This document shows positions 51,860-63,500 of a DNA stretch of 64,000 bases, piece after piece (the first letter of the stretch is position 1; the number at the start of each line of letters is the position of its first letter). The notes under the pieces were generated by a model. The model saw only the letters and a list, made by a program, of their open reading frames with translations, was not told where the DNA came from and searched no databases. The stretch is from assembly GCA_964016885.1 (NCBI GenBank), contig OZ024744.1, positions 1,116,001-1,180,000 on the forward strand. Direction: 5' to 3'. The translations under genes were made by a program, and so were the position numbers. The stretch comes from Eledone cirrhosa (Eukaryota).

Positions 51860-54800
51860 GCTTGGTGAAGAACGAAGTTTTGAGGGAAGACAAGGTAGAG
51901 AAAGATAGCTTGGTGAAGAACGAAGTTTTGGGGGAAGACAAGGTAGAGAAAGATAGCTTGGTGAAGAACGAAGTTTTGAGGGAATACAAGGTAGAGAAAG
52001 ATAGCTTGGTGAAGAACGAAGTTTTGGGGGAAGACAAGGTAGAGAAAGATAGCTTGGTGAAGAACGAATTTTGGGGGAAGACAAGGTAGAGAACGATAGC
52101 TTGGTGAAGAACGAAGTTTTGAGGGAAGACAAGGTAGAGAAAGATAGCTTGGTGAAGAACGAAGTTTTGAGGGAAGACAAGGTAGAGAAAGATAGCTTGG
52201 TGAAGAACGAAGTTTTGGGGGAAGACAATGTAGAGAAAGATAGCTTGGTGAAGAACGAAGTTTTGAGGGAAGACAAGGTAGAGAAAGATAGCTTGGTGAA
52301 GAACGAAGTTTTGGGGTAAGACAAGGTAGAGAAAGATAGCTTGGTGAAGAACGAAGTTTTGAGGGAAGACAAGGTATAGAAAGAGAGCTTGATGAAGAAC
52401 GAAGTTTTGAGGGAAGACAAGGTAGAGAAAGATAGCTTGATGAAGTACGAAATATTGGGGGAAGACAAGGTAGAGAAAGATAGCTTGGTGAAGAACGAAA
52501 TTTTGAGGGAAGACAAGGTAGAGAAAGATAGCTTGATGAAGAACGAAGTTTTGAGGTAAGACAAGGTAGAGAAAGATAGCTTGGTGAAGAACGAAGTTTT
52601 GAGGGAAGACAAAGTAGAGAAAGATAGCTTGGTGAAGAACGAAGTTTTGGGGGAAGACAATGTTGAGAAAGATAGCTTGATGAAGAACGAAGTTTTGGGG
52701 GAAGACAAGGTAGAGAAAGATAGCTTGGTGAAGAACGAAGTTTTGAGGGAAGACAAGGTAGAGAAAGATAGCTTGGTGAAGAACGAAGTTTTGGGGGAAG
52801 ACAAGGTAGAGAAAGATAGCTTGGTGAAGAACGAAGTTTTGAGGGAAGACAAGGTAGAGAAAGGTAGCTTGGTGAAGAACGAAGTTTTGAGGGAAGACAA
52901 GGTAGAGAAAGATAGCTTGATGAAGTACGAAGTTTTGGGGGAAGACAAGGTAGAGAAAGATAGCTTGGTGAAGAACGAAGTTTTGAGGGAAGACAAGGTA
53001 GAGAAAGATAGCTTGATGAAGAACGAAGTTTTGAGGGAAGACAAGGTAGAGAAAGATAGCTTGGTGAAGAACGAAGTTTTGAGGGAAGACAAAGTAGAGA
53101 AAGATAGCTTGGTGAAGAACGAAGTCTTGGGGGAAGACAATGTAGAGAAAGATAGCTTGATGAAGAACGAAGTTTTGGGAGAAGACAAGGTAGAGAAAGA
53201 TAGCTTGGTGAAGAACGAAGTTTTGAGGGAAGACAAGGTAGAGAAAGATAGCTCGGTGAAGAACGAAGTTTTGGGGGAAGACAAGGTAGAGAAAGATAGC
53301 TTGGTGAAGAACGAAGTTTTCAGGGAAGACAAGGTAGAGAAAGATAGCTTGGTGAAGAACGAAGTTTTGAGGGAAGACAAGGTAGAGAAAGATAGTTGGT
53401 GAAGAACGAAGTTTTGAGGGAAGACAAGGTAGAGAAAGATAGCTTGGTGAAGAACGACGTTTTGAGGGAAGACAAGGTAGAGAAAGATAGCTTGGTGAAG
53501 AACGACGTTTTGGGGGAAGAAAAGGTAGAGAAAGATAACTTGGTGAAGAACAAAGTTTTGGGGGAAGACAAGGTAGAGAAAGATAGCTTGGTGAAGAACG
53601 AAGTATTGAGGGAAGACTCGGTAGAGAAAGATAGCTTGGTGAAGAACGACGTTTTGAGGGAAGACAAGGTAGAGAAAGATAGCTTGGTGAAGAACGAGGT
53701 TTTGAGGGAAGACAAGGTAGAGAAAGATAGCTTGGTGAAGAACGAAGTTTTGGGGGAAGACAAGGTAGAGAAAGATAGCTTGGTGAAGAACGAAGTTTTG
53801 AGGGAATACAAGGTAGAGAAAGATAGCTTGGTGAAGAACGAAGTTTTGAGGGAAGACAAAGTAGAGAAAGATAGCTTGGTGAAGAACGAAGTTTTGAGGG
53901 AAGACAAGGTAGAGAAAGAGAGCTTGGTGAAGAACGAAGTTTTGGGGGAAGACAATGTAGAGAAAGATAGCTTGGTGAAGAACGAAGTTTTGAGGGAAGA
54001 CAAGGTAGAGAAAGATAGCTTGATGAAGAACGAAGTTTTGAGGGAAGACAAGGTAGAGAAAGATAGCTTGGTGAAGAACGAAGTTTTGAGGGAAGACAAA
54101 GTAGAGAAAGATAGCTTGGTGAAGAACGAAATCTTGGGGGAAGACAATGTAGAGAAAGATAGCTTGATGAAGAACGAAGTTTTGGGAGAAGACAAGGTAG
54201 AGAAAGATAGCTTGGTGAAGAACGAAGTTTTGAGGGAAGACAAGGTAGAGAAAGATAGCTCGGTGAAGAACGAAGTTTTGGGGGAAGACAAGGTAGAGAA
54301 AGATAGCTTGGTGAAGAACGAAGTTTTCAGGGAAGACAAGGTAGAGAAAGATAGCTTGGTGAAGAACGAAGTTTTGAGGGAAGACAAGGTAGAGAAAGAT
54401 AGTTGGTGAAGAACGAAGTTTTGAGGGAAGACAAGGTAGAGAAAGATAGCTTGGTGAAGAACGACGTTTTGAGGGAAGACAAGGTAGAGAAAGATAGCTT
54501 GGTGAAGAACGACGTTTTGGGGGAAGAAAAGGTAGAGAAAGATAACTTGGTGAAGAACAAAGTTTTGGGGGAAGACAAGGTAGAGAAAGATAGCTTGGTG
54601 AAGAACGAAGTATTGAGGGAAGACCCGGTAGAGAAAGATAGCTTGGTGAAGAACGACGTTTTGAGGGAAGACAAGGTAGAGAAAGATAGCTTGGTGAAGA
54701 ACGAGGTTTTGAGGGAAGACAAGGTAGAGAAAGATAGCTTGGTGAAGAACGAAGTTTTGGGGGAAGACAAGGTAGAGAAAGATAGCTTGGTGAAGAACGA

Positions 54801-57800
54801 AGTTTTGAGGGAATACAAGGTAGAGAAAGATAGCTTGGTGAAGAACGAAGTTTTGAGGGAAGACAAAGTAGAGAAAGATAGCTTGGTGAAGAACGAAGTT
54901 TTGAGGGAAGACAAGGTAGAGAAAGAGAGCTTGGTGAAGAACGAAGTTTTGGGGGAAGACAATGTAGAGAAAGATAGCTTGGTGAAGAACGAAATTTTGA
55001 CGGACGACAAAGTAGAGAAAGATAGCTTGGTGAAGAACGAAGTTTTGGGGGAAGAGAAGGTAGAGAAAGATAGCTTGATTAAGAACGAAGTTTTGGGGGA
55101 AGACAAGGTAGAGAAAGATAGCTTGGTGAAGAACGAAGTTTTGGGGGAAGACAAGGTAGAGAAAGATAGCTTGGTGAAGAACGAAGTTTTGAGGGAATAC
55201 AAGGTAGAGAAAGATAGCTTGGTGAAGAACGAAGTTTTGGGGGAAGACAAGGTAGAGAAAGATAGCTTGGTGAAGAACGAATTTTGGGGGAAGACAAGGT
55301 AGAGAACGATAGCTTGGTGAAGAACGAAGTTTTGAGGGAAGACAAGGTAGAGAAAGATAGCTTGGTGAAGAACGAAGTTTTGAGGGAAGACAAGGTAGAG
55401 AAAGATAGCTTGGTGAAGAACGAAGTTTTGGGGGAAGACAATGTAGAGAAAGATAGCTTGGTGAAGAACGAAGTTTTGAGGGAAGACAAGGTAGAGAAAG
55501 ATAGCTTGGTGAAGAACGAAGTTTTGGGGTAAGACAAGGTAGAGAAAGATAGCTTGGTGAAGAACGAAGTTTTGAGGGAAGACAAGGTATAGAAAGAGAG
55601 CTTGATGAAGAACGAAGTTTTGAGGGAAGACAAGGTAGAGAAAGATAGCTTGATGAAGTACGAAATATTGGGGGAAGACAAGGTAGAGAAAGATAGCTTG
55701 GTGAAGAACGAAATTTTGAGGGAAGACAAGGTAGAGAAAGATAGCTTGATGAAGAACGAAGTTTTGAGGTAAGACAAGGTAGAGAAAGATAGCTTGGTGA
55801 AGAACGAAGTTTTGAGGGAAGACAAAGTAGAGAAAGATAGCTTGGTGAAGAACGAAGTTTTGGGGGAAGACAATGTTGAGAAAGATAGCTTGATGAAGAA
55901 CGAAGTTTTGGGGGAAGACAAGGTAGAGAAAGATAGCTTGGTGAAGAACGAAGTTTTGAGGGAAGACAAGGTAGAGAAAGATAGCTTGGTGAAGAACGAA
56001 GTTTTGGGGGAAGACAAGGTAGAGAAAGATAGCTTGGTGAAGAACGAAGTTTTGAGGGAAGACAAGGTAGAGAAAGGTAGCTTGGTGAAGAACGAAGTTT
56101 TGAGGGAAGACAAGGTAGAGAAAGATAGCTTGATGAAGTACGAAGTTTTGGGGGAAGACAAGGTAGAGAAAGATAGCTTGGTGAAGAACGAAGTTTTGAG
56201 GGAAGACAAGGTAGAGAAAGATAGCTTGATGAAGAACGAAGTTTTGAGGGAAGACAAGGTAGAGAAAGATAGCTTGGTGAAGAACGAAGTTTTGAGGGAA
56301 GACAAAGTAGAGAAAGATAGCTTGGTGAAGAACGAAGTCTTGGGGGAAGACAATGTAGAGAAAGATAGCTTGATGAAGAACGAAGTTTTGGGAGAAGACA
56401 AGGTAGAGAAAGATAGCTTGGTGAAGAACGAAGTTTTGAGGGAAGACAAGGTAGAGAAAGATAGCTCGGTGAAGAACGAAGTTTTGGGGGAAGACAAGGT
56501 AGAGAAAGATAGCTTGGTGAAGAACGAAGTTTTCAGGGAAGACAAGGTAGAGAAAGATAGCTTGGTGAAGAACGAAGTTTTGAGGGAAGACAAGGTAGAG
56601 AAAGATAGTTGGTGAAGAACGAAGTTTTGAGGGAAGACAAGGTAGAGAAAGATAGCTTGGTGAAGAACGACGTTTTGAGGGAAGACAAGGTAGAGAAAGA
56701 TAGCTTGGTGAAGAACGACGTTTTGGGGGAAGAAAAGGTAGAGAAAGATAACTTGGTGAAGAACAAAGTTTTGGGGGAAGACAAGGTAGAGAAAGATAGC
56801 TTGGTGAAGAACGAAGTATTGAGGGAAGACTCGGTAGAGAAAGATAGCTTGGTGAAGAACGACGTTTTGAGGGAAGACAAGGTAGAGAAAGATAGCTTGG
56901 TGAAGAACGAGGTTTTGAGGGAAGACAAGGTAGAGAAAGATAGCTTGGTGAAGAACGAAGTTTTGGGGGAAGACAAGGTAGAGAAAGATAGCTTGGTGAA
57001 GAACGAAGTTTTGAGGGAATACAAGGTAGAGAAAGATAGCTTGGTGAAGAACGAAGTTTTGAGGGAAGACAAAGTAGAGAAAGATAGCTTGGTGAAGAAC
57101 GAAGTTTTGAGGGAAGACAAGGTAGAGAAAGAGAGCTTGGTGAAGAACGAAGTTTTGGGGGAAGACAATGTAGAGAAAGATAGCTTGGTGAAGAACGAAG
57201 TTTTGAGGGAAGACAAGGTAGAGAAAGATAGCTTGATGAAGAACGAAGTTTTGAGGGAAGACAAGGTAGAGAAAGATAGCTTGGTGAAGAACGAAGTTTT
57301 GAGGGAAGACAAAGTAGAGAAAGATAGCTTGGTGAAGAACGAAATCTTGGGGGAAGACAATGTAGAGAAAGATAGCTTGATGAAGAACGAAGTTTTGGGA
57401 GAAGACAAGGTAGAGAAAGATAGCTTGGTGAAGAACGAAGTTTTGAGGGAAGACAAGGTAGAGAAAGATAGCTCGGTGAAGAACGAAGTTTTGGGGGAAG
57501 ACAAGGTAGAGAAAGATAGCTTGGTGAAGAACGAAGTTTTCAGGGAAGACAAGGTAGAGAAAGATAGCTTGGTGAAGAACGAAGTTTTGAGGGAAGACAA
57601 GGTAGAGAAAGATAGTTGGTGAAGAACGAAGTTTTGAGGGAAGACAAGGTAGAGAAAGATAGCTTGGTGAAGAACGACGTTTTGAGGGAAGACAAGGTAG
57701 AGAAAGATAGCTTGGTGAAGAACGACGTTTTGGGGGAAGAAAAGGTAGAGAAAGATAACTTGGTGAAGAACAAAGTTTTGGGGGAAGACAAGGTAGAGAA

Positions 57801-58320
57801 AGATAGCTTGGTGAAGAACGAAGTATTGAGGGAAGACCCGGTAGAGAAAGATAGCTTGGTGAAGAACGACGTTTTGAGGGAAGACAAGGTAGAGAAAGAT
57901 AGCTTGGTGAAGAACGAGGTTTTGAGGGAAGACAAGGTAGAGAAAGATAGCTTGGTGAAGAACGAAGTTTTGGGGGAAGACAAGGTAGAGAAAGATAGCT
58001 TGGTGAAGAACGAAGTTTTGAGGGAATACAAGGTAGAGAAAGATAGCTTGGTGAAGAACGAAGTTTTGAGGGAAGACAAAGTAGAGAAAGATAGCTTGGT
58101 GAAGAACGAAGTTTTGAGGGAAGACAAGGTAGAGAAAGAGAGCTTGGTGAAGAACGAAGTTTTGGGGGAAGACAATGTAGAGAAAGATAGCTTGGTGAAG
58201 AACGAAATTTTGACGGACGACAAAGTAGAGAAAGATAGCTTGGTGAAGAACGAAGTTTTGGGGGAAGAGAAGGTAGAGAAAGATAGCTTGATTAAGAACG
58301 AAGTTTTGGGGGAAGACAAG
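51860..58320. repeat. Tandem duplication, period 3213 bp (67 monomers), with an internal 1007-bp sub-repeat
   Basis: ORF pairs 52071/55284, 52581/55794, 53396/56609 and 54403/57616 give +3213; 53396/54403 gives +1007. GACCCGG is shared at about 54622 and 57835. Confidence 0.9.
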
Positions 58321-58429
58321 GTAGAGAAAGATAGCGTGGTGAAGAACGAAGTTTTGAGGAAAGACAAGGTAGAGAAAGATAGCTTGGTGAAGAACGATGT
58401 TTTGAGGGAAGACAAGGTAGAGAAAGATA

Positions 58430-59780
58430 GCTTGGTGAAGAACGAAGTTTTGAGGGAAGACAAGGTAGAGAAAGATAGCTTGATGAAGAACGAAGTTTTG
58501 AGGGAAGACAAGGTAGAGAAAGATAGCTTGATGAAGTACGAAGTTTTGGGGGAAGACAAGGTAGAGAAAGATAGCTTGGTGAAGAACGAAGTTTTGAGGG
58601 AAGAGAAGGTAGAGAAAGATAGCTTGGTGAAGAACGAAGTTTTGGGGGAAGACAAGGTAGAGAAAGATAGCTTGGTGAAGAACGAAGTTTTGAGGTAAGA
58701 CAAGGTAGAGAAAGATAGTTGGTGAAGAACGAAGTTTTGAGGGAAAACAAGGTATAGAAAGATAGCTTGGTGAAGAACGACGTTTTGGGGGAAGACAAGG
58801 TAGAGAAAGATAGCTTGGTGAAGAACGACGTTTTGAGGGAAGACAAGGTAGAGAAAGATAGCTTGGTGAAGAACGAAGTTTTGGGGGAAGACAAGGTAGA
58901 GAAAGATAGCTTGATGAAGTACGAAGTTTTGGGGGAAGACAAGGTAGAGAAAGATAGCTTGGTGAAGAACGACGTTTTGTGGGAAGACAAGGTAGAGAAA
59001 CATAGTTGGTGAAGAACGAAATTTTGAGGGAAGACAAGGTAGAGAAAGATAGCTTGGTGAAGAACGAAGTTTTGAGGGAAGACAAGGTAGAGAAAGATAG
59101 CTTGATGAAGAACGAAGTTTTGAGGGAAGACAAGGTAGAGAAAGATAGCTTGATGAAGTACGAAGTTTTGGGGGAAGACAAGGTAGAGAAAGATAGCTTG
59201 GTGAAGAACGAAGTTTTGAGGGAAGACAAGGTAGAGAAAGATAGATTGATGAAGAACGAAGTTTTGAGGGAAGGCAAGGTAAAGAAAGATAGCTTGGTGA
59301 AGAACGAAGTTTTGAGGGAAGACAAAGTATAGAAAGAATGCTTGGTGAAGAACGAAGTTTTGGGGGAAGACAATGTAGAGAAAGATAGCTTGATGAAGAA
59401 CGAAGTTTTGGGGGAAGACAAGGTAGAGAAAGATAGCTTGGTGAAGAACGAAGTTTTGGGGGAAGACAAGGTAGAGAAAGATAGCTTGGTGAAGAACGAA
59501 GTTTTGAGGGAAGACAAGGTAGAGAAAGATAGTTGGTGAAGAACGAAGTTTTGAGGGAAGACAAGGTAGAGAAAGATAGCTTGGTGAAGAACGACGTTTT
59601 GAGGGAAGACTAGTTAGAGAAAGATAGCTTGGTGAAGAACGACGTTTTGAGGGAAGACAAGGTAGAGAAGGATAGCTTGGTGAAGAACGAAGTTTTGGGG
59701 GAAGACATGGTAGAGAAAGATAGCTTGATGAAGTACGAAGTTTTGGGGGAAGACAAGGTAGAGAAAGATAGCTTGGTGAA
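58430..59780. repeat. Dispersed copy of left-domain segment ~13200-14600 (offset 45181 bp)
   Basis: ORF pairs 13586/58767, 13825/59006, 14161/59342 and 14448/59629 all give +45181. The rare variants occur in identical order. Confidence 0.9.
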
Positions 59781-60539
59781 GAACGAAGTTTTGGGGGAAG
59801 ACAAGGTAGAGAAAGATAGCTTGGTGAAGAACGAATTTTGGGGGAAGACAAGGTAGAGAACGATAGCTTGGTGAAGAACGAAGTTTTGAGGGAAGACAAG
59901 GTAGAGAAAGATAGCTTGGTGAAGAACGAAGTTTTGAGGGAAGTCAAGGTAGAGAAAGATAGCTTGGTGAAGAACGACGTTTTGAGGGAAGACGAGGTAG
60001 AGAAAGATAGCTTGGTGAAGAACGACGTTTTGGGGGAAGAAAAGGTAGACAAAGATAGCTTGGTGAAGAACAAAGTTTTGGGGGAAGACAAGGTAGAGAA
60101 ATATAGCTTGGTGAAGAACGAAGTATTGAGGGAAGACTGGGTAGAGAAAGATAGCTTGGTGAAGAACGAAGTTTTGAGGGAAGACAAGGTAGAGAAAGAT
60201 AGCTTGGTGAAGAACGAAGTTTTGGGGGAAGACAAGGTAGAGAAAGATAGCTTGGTGAAGAACGAAGTTTTGAGGGAAGACAAGGTAGAGAAAGATAGCT
60301 TGGTGAAGAACGAAGTTTTGGGGGAAGACAAGGTAGAGAAAGATAGCTTGGTGAAGAACGAATTTTGGGGGAAGACAAGGTAGAGAACGATAGCTTGGTG
60401 AAGAACGAAGTTTTGAGGGAAGACAAGGTAGAGAAAGATAGCTTGGTGAAGAACGAAGTTTTGAGGGAAGTCAAGGTAGAGAAAGATAGCTTGGTGAAGA
60501 ACGACGTTTTGAGGGAAGACGAGGTAGAGAAACATAGTT

Positions 60540-63500
60540 GGTGAAGAACGAAGTTTTGAGGGAAGACAAGGTAGAGAAAGATAGCTTGGTGAAGAACGAA
60601 TTTTTGAGGGAAGACAAGGTAGAGAAAGATAGCTTGATGAAGAACGAAGTTTTGAGGGAAGACAAGGTAGAGAAAGATAGCTTGGTGAAGAACGAAGTTT
60701 TGAGGGAAGACAAGGTAGAGAAAGATAGCTTGATGAAGAACGAAGTTTTGAGGGAAGACACGGTAGAGAAAGATAGCTTGGTGAAGAACGAAGTTTTGGG
60801 GGAAGACAAGGTAGAGAAAGATAGCTTGGTGAAGAACGAAGTTTTCAGGGAAGACAAGGTAGAGAAAGATAGCTTGGTGAAGAACGAAGTTTTGAGGGAA
60901 GACGAGGTAGAGAAACATAGTTGGTGAAGAACGAAGTTTTGAGGGAAGACAAGGTAGAGAAAGATAGCTTGGTGAAGAACGAATTTTTGAGGGAAGACAA
61001 AGTAGAGAAAGATAGCTTGGTGAAGAACGAAGTTTTGGGGGAAGACAATGTAGAGAAAGATAGCTTGATGAAGAACGAAGTTTTGGGAGAAGACAAGGTA
61101 GAGAAAGATAGCTTGGTGAAGAACGAAGTTTTGAGGGAAGACAAGGTAGAGAAAGATAGCTCGGTGAAGAACGAAGTTTTGGGGGAAGACAAGGTAGAGA
61201 AAGATAGCTTGGTGAAGAACGAGGTTTTCAGGGAAGACAAGGTAGAGAAAGATAGCTTGGTGAAGAACGAAGTTTTGAGGGAAGACAAGGTAGAGAAAGA
61301 TAGTTGGTGAAGAACGAAGTTTTGAGGGAAGACAAGGTAGAGAAAGATAGCTTGGTGAAGAACGACGTTTTGAGGGAAGACAAGGTAGAGAAAGATAGCT
61401 TGGTGAAGAACGACATTTTGGGGGAAGAAAATGTAGAGAACGATAGCTTGGTGAAGAACGACGTTTTGAGGGAAGACAAGGTAGAGATAGATAGCTTGGT
61501 GAAGAACGAAGTTTTGAGGGAAGGCAAAGTAGAGAAAGATAGCTTGGTGAAGAACGAAGTTTTGGAGGAAGACAATGTTGAGAAAGATAGCTTGATGAAG
61601 AACGAAGTTTTGGGGGAAGACAAGGTAGAGAAAGATAGCTTGATGAAGTACGAAGTGTTGGGGGAAGAGAAGGTAGAGAAAGATAGCTTGGTGAAGAACG
61701 ACGTTTTGTGGGAAGACAAGGTAGAGAAATATAGTTGGTGAAGAACGAAGTTTTGAGGCAAGACAAGGTAGAGAAAGATAGCTTGGTGAAGAACGAAGTT
61801 TTGAGGGAAGACAAGGTAGAGAAAGATAGCTTGGTGAAGAACGAAGTTTTGAGGGAAGACAAGGTAGAGAAAGATAGCTTGGTGAAGAACGAAGTTTTGG
61901 GGGAAGACAAGGTAGAGAAAGATAGCTTGGTGAAGAACGAATTTTGGGGGAAGACAAGGTAGAGAACGATAGCTTAGTGAAGAACGAAGTTTTGAGGGAA
62001 GACAAGGTAAAGAAAGATAGCTTGGTGAAGAACGAAGTTTTGAGGGAAGTCAAGGTAGAGAAAGATAGCTTGGTGAAGAACGACGTTTTGAGGGAAGACG
62101 AGGTAGAGAAAGATAGCTTGGTGAAGAACGACGTTTTGGGGGAAGAAAAGGTAGACAAAGATAGCTTGGTGAAGAACAAAGTTTTGGGGGAAGACAAGGT
62201 AGAGAAATATAGCTTGGTGAAGAACGAAGTATTGAGGGAAGACTGGGTAGAGAAAGATAGCTTGGTGAAGAACGAAGTTTTGAGGGAAGACAAGGTAGAG
62301 AAAGATAGCTTGGTGAAGAACGAAGTTTTGAGGGAAGACAAGGTAGAGAAAGATAGCTTGGTGAAGAACGAAGTTTTGGGGGAAGACAAGGTAGAGAAAG
62401 ATAGCTTGGTGAAGAACGAATTTTGGGGGAAGACAAGGTAGAGAAAGATAGCTTGGTGAAGAACGACGTTTTGAGGGAAGACGAGGTAGAGAAACATAGT
62501 TGGTGAAGAACGAAGTTTTGAGGGAAGACAAGGTAGAGAAAGATAGCTTGGTGAAGAACGAAGTTTTGAGGGAAGACAAGGTAGAGAAAGATAGCTTGAT
62601 GAAGAACGAAGTTTTGAGGGAAGACAAGGTAGAGAAAGATAGCTTGTTGAAGAACGAAGTTTTGAGGGAAGACAAGGTAGAGAAAGATAGCTTGATGAAG
62701 AACGAAGTTTTGAGGGAAGACAAGGTAGAGAAAGATAGCTTGGTGAAGAACGAATTTTTGAGGGAAGACAAGGTAGAGAAAGATAGCTTGATGAAGAACG
62801 AAGTTTTGAGGGAAGACAAGGTAGAGAAAGATAGCTTGGTGAAGAACGAAGTTTTGAGGGAAGACAAGGTAGAGAAAGATAGCTTGATGAAGAACGAAGT
62901 TTTGAGGGAAGACACGGTAGAGAAAGATAGCTTGGTGAAGAACGAAGTTTTGGGGAAGACAAGGTAGAGAAAGATAGCTTGGTGAAGAACGAAGTTTTGA
63001 GGGAAGACAAGGTAGAGAAAGATAGCTTGGTGAAGAACGAAGTTTTGAGGGAAGACGAGGTAGAGAAACATAGTTGGTGAAGAACGAAGTTTTGAGGGAA
63101 GACAAGGTAGAGAAAGATAGCTTGGTGAAGAACGAATTTTTGAGGGAAGACAAAGTAGAGAAAGATAGCTTGGTGAAGAACGAAGTTTTGGGGGAAGACA
63201 ATGTAGAGAAAGATAGCTTGATGAAGAACGAAGTTTTGGGAGAAGACAAGGTAGAGAAAGATAGCTTGGTGAAGAACGAAGTTTTGAGGGAAGACAAGGT
63301 AGAGAAAGATAGCTCGGTGAAGAACGAAGTTTTGGGGGAAGACAAGGTAGAGAAAGATAGCTTGGTGAAGAACGAAGTTTTCAGGGAAGACAAGGTAGAG
63401 AAAGATAGCTTGGTGAAGAACGAAGTTTTGAGGGAAGACAAGGTAGAGAAAGATAGTTGGTGAAAAACGAAGTTTTGAGGGAAGACAAGGTAGAGAAAGA

